DNA from: Planctomycetia bacterium
GTDB lineage: Bacteria; Planctomycetota; Planctomycetia; Pirellulales; UBA1268
DNA: 64,000 nt
Assembly (NCBI GenBank): GCA_046343855.1
Contig: JBKDMX010000114.1
Location: 3,803 to 67,802, forward strand
Reading direction: 5' to 3'
The translations under genes were made by a program, and so were the position numbers. Shown one piece after another: positions 26,119 through 35,069 of this stretch (positions are counted from its first letter, which is position 1; every line of letters begins with the position of its first letter). The notes under the pieces were generated by a model. That model did not search any database. It worked only from the letters and a program-made list of their open reading frames with translations, and was not told where the DNA came from.

Positions 26119-27233
26119 CACGCCATCGCCTCGACCGCGGCGATGGCCTCGAGCGCCGCCTGCCCGAGGTCGCCCGAGTCGATGACGACGGTTGCCTTGG
26201 GCGCTGCCCTGCCGGCCGGGGCCCGCAGCCGGTGGGCGAGCCGTTCTTGAAGCCGCACAAGCATCGCGACCGAGGCGGGGGCCGCCTGGCAGGTGGTCGC
26301 AGGCGACGGCGCGACGTCGGCGAAGAGATCGGTCTGCGGCGGTGGCCGCCGCGCGCGAAACGCGATCCGCTCCTCGAGCACGTCGGCCGCGGCGAGCAAT
26401 AGGATCACGACGTTTGGCGCGACCGTGGCGGCCGCGTGCCGCGCGAAGGCCGCATCGAACCGCGCGAGCGACGCAGCGGGAAGCATCTCGCCGGCGGCGA
26501 GCCGCTGGGTCTCGAGCCAGTAATCGGCGACCGTGCCGTGCGGGTCGCGCGGCCAGCGGGACGCCTCGAGCGGCTTGGCGCGGGCGGCCAGCGATTCGAG
26601 CCAGGTTGCTTCGAGCCGCGCTTCGTCGGTGTCGGCACGGTCGGCGAAGAGGAGCGTCGCCAGCGGCGCGGGATTGCGAACCAGCCGCGCGAGCAGCGCG
26701 TCGGACACCGCCGCTGCCACTTCCGGTGCGCCTGCGCCCGGCACGCCGACCACCGCCACGTGGGGATGGTCTTGCGAGAGGTTGTCGAGCAGCGCCTGCA
26801 CCGTGCACCCGGCCGTCGGATGCACGAGGTTGCCGGCAATCTCGGCGGCGGGCTGGAGCACGAATCGCCGCGTCGCCATCCGGGGGTGCGGGAGCACGAG
26901 TTGTTCAGAGTCGAGTACCACGTCGTCGTAGAGCAGCAGGTCGAGGTCGATCGTCCGCGGCCCCCAGCGTTCCTCGCGTTCGCGATGGAGCGTGTTTTCG
27001 ACCGCCTGCAGCATCTCGAGCACGGCCTGCGGAGGCAGGTCGGTCTCGATGAGGCAGGCGCCGTTGAGAAAAGCCGGCTGCCCCGGCGGCCCGCCCACGG
27101 GCCTGGTTTCGAGCGGCCGACTGACGGCCAAGACATGGACGCCCGGCATGAACCGCAGGAGTTCGACCGACTGGTCGAGATTGTCGCGTCTTCGGCCCTG
27201 ATTGGAACCGCAGCCGATCAGGCATCGTGCCAT
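26118..27233 (-). CDS. folK: HPPK (FolK) fused to a P-loop nucleoside-kinase-like domain with a degenerate Walker A
   Basis: ATG at 27233 (MARCLIGCGSN). HPPK motifs FLNGACLIET and RWGPRTIDLDLLLYDD...LPHPRM. The C-terminal ~200 aa begin VAVVGVPGAGAPEV, a GxxGxG without the Lys-Ser/Thr. The stop shares 1 nt with the panC start. Confidence 0.8.
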   Translation of the reverse strand: MARCLIGCGSNQGRRRDNLDQSVELLRFMPGVHVLAVSRPLETRPVGGPPGQPAFLNGACLIETDLPPQAVLEMLQAVENTLHREREERWGPRTIDLDLLLYDDVVLDSEQLVLPHPRMATRRFVLQPAAEIAGNLVHPTAGCTVQALLDNLSQDHPHVAVVGVPGAGAPEVAAAVSDALLARLVRNPAPLATLLFADRADTDEARLEATWLESLAARAKPLEASRWPRDPHGTVADYWLETQRLAAGEMLPAASLARFDAAFARHAAATVAPNVVILLLAAADVLEERIAFRARRPPPQTDLFADVAPSPATTCQAAPASVAMLVRLQERLAHRLRAPAGRAAPKATVVIDSGDLGQAALEAIAAVEAMA

Positions 27234-27766
27234 GGAAAAGTGCCCCGAGAACGAGACGATTCTAAGGGCGAGCCACCCCGCCAAGGCAAATCTCTCGGGC
27301 AGAAGTCCGCCGGCAGGCCCCGCGGACCCTGCCGGCACTCGGAAAAGGGGGGGACATCCAGGCCACGACCAAGGTCGTCGACTGTCGATCCCTCAAGTCG
27401 TCGCCCCCCGTTGTCTCCGAGACCAACTCCTGATTTGGTGTCGCCGTCGCCGCCGCCTGTAGTCAGTCTGCGAGGCATTTGTCTGACGCGGGTCATTCTT
27501 CTGAGGGAGCGCGAGTTGTCAAGGACTGGCGCGGTCGCATGGTGGCATCGATGCCAGTGTGGCCATCAAACCCCGATCAAAACGCAATCGTCATGCGCAA
27601 AAAATTTTTTTTGACAGCAGCGATAGCAGGCCGCGCGAAGAGTATGGCAAAGGGGGCATTGTCGTGCGGCTTGCCAAGAGCCTTCTCTTTCCGCGAAAAC
27701 AGCGGTGAAAGCCCGCGGCGCGAGTGGACGATCGCCGCGGCAGCAGTTGCCCACGAGCCTTGCCGG

Positions 27767-28633
27767 ATGCCTTCTCCAACCCCCGACGATCGCGGTGCAC
27801 GCGGTTTTGATCGTGAATCAGCCAGTGACCTTGACGAACAGTTCGAGGGTCTTCTCGACGAGTTGGGCGACCGTGATCCGGCTGATGCCGACGACGCCGA
27901 ACAGGCTGGCGGTGACCACGAGTCAGCGTCGCAACAAGCCGGTTCAGCCGACGATTATTGGAGCATTTCCCGCACGCCGCTCACGAGCCTCGTCTTCACG
28001 CTGCCGCTCGTGCTCGCCTACGAAGGGGGCGTACTCTGGCTGGGGCGAGGGTCGCCCCGCAATGGGGCCGATGTCTGGCTGCGGCAATTTCTCGATCTGA
28101 TCGGTTTCGGCTCGTATTTCCTGCTGCCGGTGCTCACGCTGCTCGGGCTGCTCGCCTGGCACCATATCGAGCATGACCGCTGGCGTTTCCGCCCGGCCGT
28201 GCTTGCCGGCATGGCCTTCGAGTCGGTCGTCTGGGCGTGCCTGCTCGTGGGCATCGCGCGGCTGCAGCACCGGCTCTGGCCACTGGGGATCGTGGACGGT
28301 CTGTCGGGGATTTTTGCCCGATTCGTGGGCTATTGCGGGGCGGGGCTCTACGAGGAGGTGCTGTTTCGCCTGATCCTCTTGCCGATCGTGATCTGGGTGC
28401 TCGAACGGGCCGGGTTCTCGACCGCGGCGTCGGCTTTCTGGTCGATCCTGCTCACGAGCCTGCTGTTCAGTGCCGCGCACTACGTGGGCCCGCTCGGCGA
28501 CGCGTTTGAGCTGTATAGCTTCACGTTTCGCACGCTCGCCGGCATCTTCTTCGCCACGCTCTTCGTCGTGCGCGGTTTCGGCATCGCTGCGGGCGCCCAT
28601 GCGGCCTATGACATGCTCGTCGGCCTTTTGTGA
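27767..28633 (+). CDS. CPBP-family intramembrane glutamic endopeptidase (CAAX protease/Abi-like)
   Basis: The C-terminal part of ORF 27479..28633. Motifs: GLYEEVLFRL (EExxxR), LFSAAHY (FxxxH), AGAHAAYDM. It has an acidic, probably disordered N-terminus. The start is uncertain (candidates 27593, 27644, 27767). Confidence 0.7.
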   Translation: MPSPTPDDRGARGFDRESASDLDEQFEGLLDELGDRDPADADDAEQAGGDHESASQQAGSADDYWSISRTPLTSLVFTLPLVLAYEGGVLWLGRGSPRNGADVWLRQFLDLIGFGSYFLLPVLTLLGLLAWHHIEHDRWRFRPAVLAGMAFESVVWACLLVGIARLQHRLWPLGIVDGLSGIFARFVGYCGAGLYEEVLFRLILLPIVIWVLERAGFSTAASAFWSILLTSLLFSAAHYVGPLGDAFELYSFTFRTLAGIFFATLFVVRGFGIAAGAHAAYDMLVGLL

Positions 28634-28709
28634 GCCAATCGCGGTCTTTGCGTACAGCCGTCTTGGAGGTTCCCGCGTGACAATTTTATAATCGGGCCAC
28701 TCCCAGGAG

Positions 28710-29258
28710 ATGCGTCGCTTGCTTTCGGTTCGCCCTAAAGTCGCCGAGTTGGTCTTTCAGCTCTACGGCCGCGGGCTGCATCCCGAGCTCTTCGAGATCG
28801 TCTCCACGCGGTCGGTCGGCCGCGGCAACTACGAGGCCACGATCTCGATCACCAGCGCCGGCCATCTCGTCACCTGGCGCCGCGAGGGTCTCACGCTCTC
28901 CGAAGTGGCGGCCAGCGCCGCCCAGCCACTGCCCCAGCGGCGGCGGCTGCTCTCGTACCGGCTTGCCGGCGAGCGGAGCGACCGCATGGAGTGCCGCGGC
29001 GGCGTCACCTACCAGACCTGCTTCCAACTGGAGACGGTGCCGGCGGAGGTCTTCTGGACGTTTCAGCAGGAGCTCTGCGGCGAAGGCATCAAGCACGGCA
29101 TGTTTCACCGCTTCGAATCTCGCGGCCGGCTGGCGCTCGGCGCCATCAGCTGGATCAACGTCGAGACGCGGACGAAGAGCCTGCTCCTGCAGGCCTTCCA
29201 CACGTTTCCCGACGACCTTGCGATCGTGAAGAGCCAGTCGCTCTTCGAACTGCCCTGA
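28710..29258 (+). CDS. Conserved hypothetical protein (possibly the DUF2617 family, from memory)
   Basis: 182-aa ORF with good GC3. The N-terminal VAELVFQLYGRGLHPELF recalls DUF2617-type proteins. No catalytic motif was recognised. Confidence 0.5.
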   Translation: MRRLLSVRPKVAELVFQLYGRGLHPELFEIVSTRSVGRGNYEATISITSAGHLVTWRREGLTLSEVAASAAQPLPQRRRLLSYRLAGERSDRMECRGGVTYQTCFQLETVPAEVFWTFQQELCGEGIKHGMFHRFESRGRLALGAISWINVETRTKSLLLQAFHTFPDDLAIVKSQSLFELP

Positions 29259-29325
29259 TGGGCCCAGAGTTGCTGATGGGCCGAGAGACGCCCGCCCGGA
29301 CCGCAGACCCACCCCCGAGGACGCG

Positions 29326-29787
29326 ATGCCCAAATCCGCCGCCCCCCGCAAGAGCCGCGTGCTCATCGCCGACGACAACGAGCCAAACCGCGAACTGCTC
29401 GAGGTCTATCTCGCCGAGATCGATTGCGAGATCGCCACGGCCGTCGATGGCCGCGACACGCTCGACAAGGTGGCCTCCTTCAAGCCCGATGTCATCCTGC
29501 TCGACGTGATGATGCCGAAGCTTTCGGGCTTCGAGGTCTGCCAGCGGCTCAAGGGGGATCCGGCCACGAGCCCGATCATGATCCTGATGGTGACGGCCCT
29601 CGGCGAGCTCGGCGACATCGAGCGGGCCGTCGAGGCGGGCACCGACGACTTCCTCTCGAAGCCGGTCAATAAAGTGGAGCTCGTGAAGCGGGTGGAAAAC
29701 ATGCTCAAGCTGCGGCACGTGAGCGACGAACTCGAGCGGCTCCGCAGCTACATCAGCAGCATGGACGACGACCTCCCGCCCCGGTGA
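29326..29787 (+). CDS. Single-domain response regulator (CheY-like receiver with short C-terminal helix)
   Basis: 153 aa. Motifs: VLIADDNEPNRELL, PDVILLDVMMPKLSGFEV, ILMVTA, DDFLSKP. Confidence 0.9.
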   Translation: MPKSAAPRKSRVLIADDNEPNRELLEVYLAEIDCEIATAVDGRDTLDKVASFKPDVILLDVMMPKLSGFEVCQRLKGDPATSPIMILMVTALGELGDIERAVEAGTDDFLSKPVNKVELVKRVENMLKLRHVSDELERLRSYISSMDDDLPPR

Positions 29788-29828
29788 CGGAATGTGGCGT
29801 ATGCCTCCGGCGTGCGAAGCGATAGCGG

Positions 29829-30695
29829 TTACAGGCCTGCCTGCTCGAGCACCCGCACCGTGGCGGGCGACTTATTGAGCACGTAGAAGTGGATGCCCGG
29901 GACACCGGCGTCGAGCAGCTCTTTCACCTGTCGCGTAGCAAACGCGACGCCCGCCTCGAACTGAGCCGCCTCGTCGGAACCGGCCGCCTCGAAGGCCCGC
30001 GTGAAGTCGTCCGGCAGCCGCGCCTTGCAAAGCGTGGCGATGCGGCGGATCTGGGCATAGTTTGTCACGGGCATCACGCCCGGCACGATCGGCGTGCGGA
30101 TGCCGAGCGCGTCGCAGCGGTCCCGAAACAGGAAGAAATCGGCGTTGTCGTAGAAGAGCTGCGTGACGATCACGTCGCCGCCGGCGTCGCACTTTCGCTT
30201 GAGATTCTCGAGGTCGGCCGCGGGGCTCACGGCCTCCTGATGGGTCTCGGGATAGCCGGCGACCAGGATGCCGAAGCCGGGGAATTCGCTGCGGATGAGC
30301 GAGACGAGTTCGGAGGCGTAGCGGAGGCCGCCCGTCACGGGCTGGAATGTCGTCTCCCCCTTTGGTGGATCGCCGCGCAGGGCCACGATCGCGCTCACGC
30401 CCAGCGCCTCTGCCTCCCGCAGGTAGTCGCGGAGCTCGTCCACGGAACTGCCCACGCAGGTGAGGTGGCTCGCCACGGGAAGGCCGTGCCGTGCTCTCAC
30501 TCCCTTGAGCACGTCGAGCGTGGTGCCGCGGGTCGATCCGCCGGCGCCGTACGTGCAGGTGATCATCGACGGCTCGAAGGCCATCAGGTCATCGACCGTC
30601 CGCCACATCATCGCCTCGGATTCGGGCGTCTTGGGCGGAAAGAGTTCGAACGACAGGCCGAACCGGCCATTGGTGTAGGTGTCTTGCAGTGACAT
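29829..30695 (-). CDS. metF: Methylenetetrahydrofolate reductase
   Basis: ORF 29829..30725. I prefer the ATG at 30695 (MSLQDTY) over the TTG at 30725. Motifs: FELFPPKT, TCTYGAGGSTR, HLTCVG, ALRGDPP. Confidence 0.9.
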   Translation of the reverse strand: MSLQDTYTNGRFGLSFELFPPKTPESEAMMWRTVDDLMAFEPSMITCTYGAGGSTRGTTLDVLKGVRARHGLPVASHLTCVGSSVDELRDYLREAEALGVSAIVALRGDPPKGETTFQPVTGGLRYASELVSLIRSEFPGFGILVAGYPETHQEAVSPAADLENLKRKCDAGGDVIVTQLFYDNADFFLFRDRCDALGIRTPIVPGVMPVTNYAQIRRIATLCKARLPDDFTRAFEAAGSDEAAQFEAGVAFATRQVKELLDAGVPGIHFYVLNKSPATVRVLEQAGL

Positions 30696-30775
30696 GCCCC
30701 GTATCGTAGTCCGCTCCGCTGCCAAGCGAAATGGCCGATTTCCTCAGGCTGCGGGCTTTCGTGTGCTGCCGATGC

Positions 30776-32020
30776 TTATCGAGCGAGAGCTTCGAGCAGC
30801 TCCCGATCGGCCGGCATGATCTCCAGGCCCCGGCGGCCCATCATCCGCTCGAGGATCGTGGCGGCCTGCTCGGCCGTGGAGCGGCCGTTGGCGAGCGAGT
30901 TGGTGAATGCCGTCACCATCTCGGGCACCGCGCCGCCGACCGTCGCGGCCACGCCGATCCGCGCGCCGCAGGGGATCGACGCGTTGATCGCCGTCTTCGC
31001 GAAGTCGCCGATCATGGCGCCGAGAAACTGCCGGCCGGTGTGGATCGTTTCGCGACTGCCGTCGGGGAGCATCGTATGCAGCCGGATCGGGCCATACGTC
31101 GCCTTGAGGTTGCTCGTGATCGTGCCCGCGGCGATGTTCACCCAGCTGCCCACGTGGCTGTGGCCGAGGAAGCCGTCGTGAGGCTTGTTGGAGAAGGGCT
31201 CCATGATCGTCGCCTCGATCTCGCCACCCGCGCGGCAGGCCATGCCGAGCGCCGTGGCGGCGCGGATCCAGGCATGCGGATTCACTCTTGCGCCGGGTCC
31301 GACGAAGGCCGGGCCGTCGACGCAGACGAAGGGGCCGATCTCGGCGCCCGCTTCGACGACCACCGGTCCGTGCCGCACGACGACCTGCTCCGCGACGCTC
31401 GCCCCGTCGGCCACGAAGAGCCCGGGCTGCGTCTCGCGAAAGCGGCCGCTGTCGATCCGCATCGCGAGCGAGCCTTCGATCGACTGCTCGTGGGCCGAGA
31501 TCACGTCGTACGGTTCGTGAAGCAGATCGAGGTCGGCATCGAGCTCCTCGAGCGCCAGCGCCTCGAGGGCAGCCGCGGAGCCGGTGTCGCGAAGGGCATC
31601 CCAGGCCGCTCGGTCGTCGCTGCCGCCATCGGCCGCGAGATGCAGCACGGCCGCAGCGATCGTGTCTCCCGTGCGCACGGCGCCGCGGTGGCCGGCCTCG
31701 ACGAGGTTGCGCAACTGCTGGATGTTTCGGCGGCTCGGCACGACGCGGGCGTTGACCACGAGCGCCGTGGCGCCGTGCCGCGATGCAGGCACGTCCGTCG
31801 CCACCGGCGGCGTGGCGCCGCCCCAGAGGGTGATCCGGCGGCCGGCGAGCCCGGCGATGTGGCGGGCGAGGTGCGGCCGGACGACCCGCTCCACGTGGCC
31901 GATGTGGGCGAGGGCGTCGTGGAGCGAGGAGGCTCCGATCATGAGGTCGCAGGCCGGCCGCGCGGCCGTGAGCACGCCGAGCCGATCGACGCGGCCATCT
32001 TCGAAGGCAAGTACGTGCAT
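30776..32020 (-). CDS. Putative sugar nucleotidyltransferase with C-terminal left-handed beta-helix (GlmU-like, NTP_transf_4-type)
   Basis: ATG at 32020 (MHVLAFEDG). The N-terminal nucleotidyltransferase-like half lacks a canonical GxGxR. The C-terminal half has hexapeptide-repeat character (VVVEAGAEIGPFVCVDGPAFVGPGARV...). Confidence 0.6.
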   Translation of the reverse strand: MHVLAFEDGRVDRLGVLTAARPACDLMIGASSLHDALAHIGHVERVVRPHLARHIAGLAGRRITLWGGATPPVATDVPASRHGATALVVNARVVPSRRNIQQLRNLVEAGHRGAVRTGDTIAAAVLHLAADGGSDDRAAWDALRDTGSAAALEALALEELDADLDLLHEPYDVISAHEQSIEGSLAMRIDSGRFRETQPGLFVADGASVAEQVVVRHGPVVVEAGAEIGPFVCVDGPAFVGPGARVNPHAWIRAATALGMACRAGGEIEATIMEPFSNKPHDGFLGHSHVGSWVNIAAGTITSNLKATYGPIRLHTMLPDGSRETIHTGRQFLGAMIGDFAKTAINASIPCGARIGVAATVGGAVPEMVTAFTNSLANGRSTAEQAATILERMMGRRGLEIMPADRELLEALAR

Positions 32021-32131
32021 GGCTTCACCTCGAGACAACACTACCACGGGCAATCTCCCGGTGCGGAGGCCGGTGCTGGCAAAAGGGGGGCCGGCGGCGT
32101 AATCTCGTCGGAGCGAGATCGCCTCTCACGA

Positions 32132-32214
32132 GCCGGAGTGGCGGAATGGCAGACGCGGCGGACTCAAAATCCGTTGCCCGCAAGGGCGTGTGGGTTCAAG
32201 TCCCTCCTCCGGCA
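32132..32214 (+). tRNA. tRNA-Leu (anticodon CAA), class II with long variable arm
   Basis: Acceptor GCCGGAG/CTCCGGC, anticodon loop CTCAAAA, long variable arm TGCCCGCAAGGGCGTG, T-loop GGTTCAAGTCC, discriminator A. CCA is not encoded. Confidence 0.9.
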
Positions 32215-32330
32215 CTTGCACATTCGACGGGAAAGCATGGGGGGCGGGATCGTCTGGGCGAAATGGGTCTTTGCCGCCCCGGTCATGATCTTGTCGCCCG
32301 AGGGGTGCGGCTGCTATCCCCCGTCCGACC

Positions 32331-34004
32331 ATGCCGCCTGCCACGTTCCCACTCTCCGCTTCGCCCCATGGCCGCGGCACCGCCGCCGTGCTTGCGGTGC
32401 TGCTATTGTTCACGGCCCTTGGTGCAGCGCGGTCGGCCGGTGCCGGAGAGGGGCCGTTGGCGCCGCTCGACATGTCGAGCCCGCGGGCCACGCTCGACAG
32501 CTTCACCGCCACGGTCGACCGCGTGGCGGCCAACTTCAAGCACCTGGATCGCGTGGGCGGCGTTCGGCAGGAAAACGCGCGGCTCATCCGGATGGTGCTC
32601 GGCTGCTTCGATCTCTCTGCGACGCCTCCGTCACTGGTGGACATGAAGGGCCGCGAGGCTGCCGTCCACCTCAAGGAGGTGCTCGACCGCATCCCCCTTC
32701 CGGCGCGCGACGCGGTGCCGGATGCGGCGCTGGTGAAGAGCGCGGGGATCGACCGCTGGCGGCTGCCCGACACGGAGATCGCGCTCGTGCGGATCGCGAG
32801 TGGCCCACGCGCCGGCGATTTCGTGTTCTCGGCCGACACCGTGGCCCGCGCCGAGGAGTTCTTCGAGCGCGTGCGCCATCTGCCGTACCGCGCCGACGCC
32901 GGCAGCCCCGGCCTGTTCGACTCCTATGTGCAGTTCGGCGGTTGGATGATCCCCGAAACGCTCATCCGCCGGCTGCCCGCCTGGGCCCACGTCATGATCG
33001 GCGGTGAGACGGTTTGGCAGTGGGGGGCCACCGCCCTGCTCGTGCTGGCGGCCGCGTGGGCCGTGGCAACGGCGGCGCGAATCCGCATCCGCGCGGCGGG
33101 CGACGTGCTCAAGATCGTGGAGCGGTTGCTATTGCCGGCAACGCTCGTCGCGGCGGGGGTGGCGGTCGATTCGCTCTGCACCTGGCAGATTCGTCTCACC
33201 GGCGACAACCTCCTCGCGACCAAGGTGGTCGCCCGGGCGGTCATGCTCGCCGGCGTGGTGACCGGGGTGCTCGACGCCGTCGCGTGGGCCACCGAGCGGT
33301 TTCTCGTCTGGAGGAGACTGGGCAACGACTCGATCGAGGGGCAGCTCGTGCGTCTGGCGACCAACGTCGGGCGGTTCCTCGTCGTGGCCTGGATCCTGAT
33401 CGCCGCCGCCGACTCGTTCGGCGTGCCGGTGACGCCGCTCGTGGCGGGGCTCGGCGCCGGCGGTCTCGCGATCGCGCTGGCCTCGCAATACACCGTCGAG
33501 AACCTGATCGCCGGGCTCGTGATCTTCGCCGACAAGCCGGTCCGGATCGGCGACGAATGCCAGTATGGATCGGTGCGCGGCCGGGTCGAACGGATCGGCC
33601 TCCGGTCAACGCGGATCCGCGGCATCGACCGGACGGTGATCACGATCCCCAACGCCGAGTTCGCCAAGTCGCAGCTCGTGAACTTCTCCGGCCGTGACCG
33701 GATCCCGCTGTCGATCACCCTCACGCTGCCGACGACGGCCGGCCCTGCGGCGGTGCGGGAACAACTGGAAAAGCTGCGGGCCCTTGTGGCGGCCCATCCC
33801 GGCCTCGATCCGGCCGCGTCGAGCGTCACGCTCGGTGATCCGGCGGGCGAAGGCGTGACGGTCGAGATCGCGGCGGTGTGCCCGGGGGCCGACGAGCGTG
33901 CGGCCCGGGAGAGCCGCGAGCGGCTCCTGCTCGACGCCCTCGCGGTGACTGGTGGCACGGCAACCGGCGGCGGCGACGCCTCGCTGCGGCTCAAGGCCGC
34001 CTGA
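32331..34004 (+). CDS. Mechanosensitive ion channel family protein (MscS-like, extended N-terminus)
   Basis: 557 aa. It has a signal/TM N-terminus, several TM helices, and the MscS core LIAGLVIFADKPVRIGDECQYGSVRGRVERIGLRSTRIRGIDRTVITIPN. Confidence 0.85.
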   Translation: MPPATFPLSASPHGRGTAAVLAVLLLFTALGAARSAGAGEGPLAPLDMSSPRATLDSFTATVDRVAANFKHLDRVGGVRQENARLIRMVLGCFDLSATPPSLVDMKGREAAVHLKEVLDRIPLPARDAVPDAALVKSAGIDRWRLPDTEIALVRIASGPRAGDFVFSADTVARAEEFFERVRHLPYRADAGSPGLFDSYVQFGGWMIPETLIRRLPAWAHVMIGGETVWQWGATALLVLAAAWAVATAARIRIRAAGDVLKIVERLLLPATLVAAGVAVDSLCTWQIRLTGDNLLATKVVARAVMLAGVVTGVLDAVAWATERFLVWRRLGNDSIEGQLVRLATNVGRFLVVAWILIAAADSFGVPVTPLVAGLGAGGLAIALASQYTVENLIAGLVIFADKPVRIGDECQYGSVRGRVERIGLRSTRIRGIDRTVITIPNAEFAKSQLVNFSGRDRIPLSITLTLPTTAGPAAVREQLEKLRALVAAHPGLDPAASSVTLGDPAGEGVTVEIAAVCPGADERAARESRERLLLDALAVTGGTATGGGDASLRLKAA

Positions 34005-34044
34005 GCACCACGTGCCACACTGGCGTTCCTGCCTGCGGCGGGGG

Positions 34045-34875
34045 TCAGTATTGGATCGCGATGCCGGCGTCGGAGAAGAATGGCGCGGCCACTCCCGCGA
34101 GGCCCCAACCGACGCGGAGGCCGATTTCGACGTTGCGGGTGATGCTGAAGTGGGTGCCGGGGCTGAAGAAGGGCTGCTGCGTGTCGTCGAGGAGCCCCTG
34201 CGTGTAGGAGCCGAACCACTCGGCATGCACTTCGAACCGCTCCGTGACGGGCATCCGCAGGACGACCGATGGGCTCCAGCGGCTGTACCAGCCCGCGTGG
34301 CCTTCGGCGTAGGCGTAGCGGATCGCACTGTCGAGCCGCCAGTCGGCAACCAGATCCCAGCCGGCGACCATCGTCGCCACCGGCACCGTGCCAAACACGT
34401 CGCCATACGTGGGCGTCGAAGCCTCCATGATGAAACAGCTGTCGGGAATCAGACCGTCTTGGTGCGACGTGCCGAGCTTGAAGCCGTAGAGGATGCTCGA
34501 CTCGTACAGCGTGCTGCCGTCGAGCGTGCCCTCGCCCACCTCGACGCTCGTTACGATGTTTCCCTGCGATCCGATGCCGTAGTTCACGCCGAACCGCCAC
34601 TCCAGCCACTCGTTCGCCGCCTGCCGCACGAGGAGCTCGGGATAGTTGTTCGTGGGGAGCCCCATCGGATTGTCGATGAACACATAGGAGCCCTCTACGA
34701 GCCCGCTTCCCGCATCGACGCAGAAGGCAGAGGGGGTGAACGCGTCGCGATCCGCATCGAGCTCAAACGCGATCGCACCGCGATGCCCGGGCGCCGCTGC
34801 GAGCACGGCGGCGATGGCCGCGGCGAGCACGGGAAACGGGGGCTGGAAGTGGCGACGCACGGTGGGCCTCGGCAT
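34045..34875 (-). CDS. Putative outer-membrane beta-barrel transporter (MetA-pathway/phenol-degradation-like; tentative)
   Basis: 276 aa. Signal peptide (FPVLAAAIAAVLAAAPG), alternating aromatic/Gly strands, and a terminal aromatic residue (GIAIQY). Confidence 0.5.
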   Translation of the reverse strand: MPRPTVRRHFQPPFPVLAAAIAAVLAAAPGHRGAIAFELDADRDAFTPSAFCVDAGSGLVEGSYVFIDNPMGLPTNNYPELLVRQAANEWLEWRFGVNYGIGSQGNIVTSVEVGEGTLDGSTLYESSILYGFKLGTSHQDGLIPDSCFIMEASTPTYGDVFGTVPVATMVAGWDLVADWRLDSAIRYAYAEGHAGWYSRWSPSVVLRMPVTERFEVHAEWFGSYTQGLLDDTQQPFFSPGTHFSITRNVEIGLRVGWGLAGVAAPFFSDAGIAIQY

Positions 34876-35069
34876 TCACGCGGAATGCACGGGAGGTCGG
34901 CCTTTCCGGCGGTCTGCGGGCAGGCTTTCGGAGGGAATCCTCACGGTTTGTGTGGCCTGCCCGCCCGGCATGCTCCGGCCAGTCATTTTTCGTGGCGGTG
35001 CGAAGGGCCGCCGCCGCGAGGCCGAGGGCAACCTGGGCAAGCCCTGCAGGTGGTGACGACCGGGCCGGG

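Noticed and set aside
27234-27480. A THF or ZTP riboswitch in the folK-panC leader.
   Set aside because: Hairpins are present, but I could not match the conserved cores of either riboswitch class. It is left as an open check in the findings rather than a feature.
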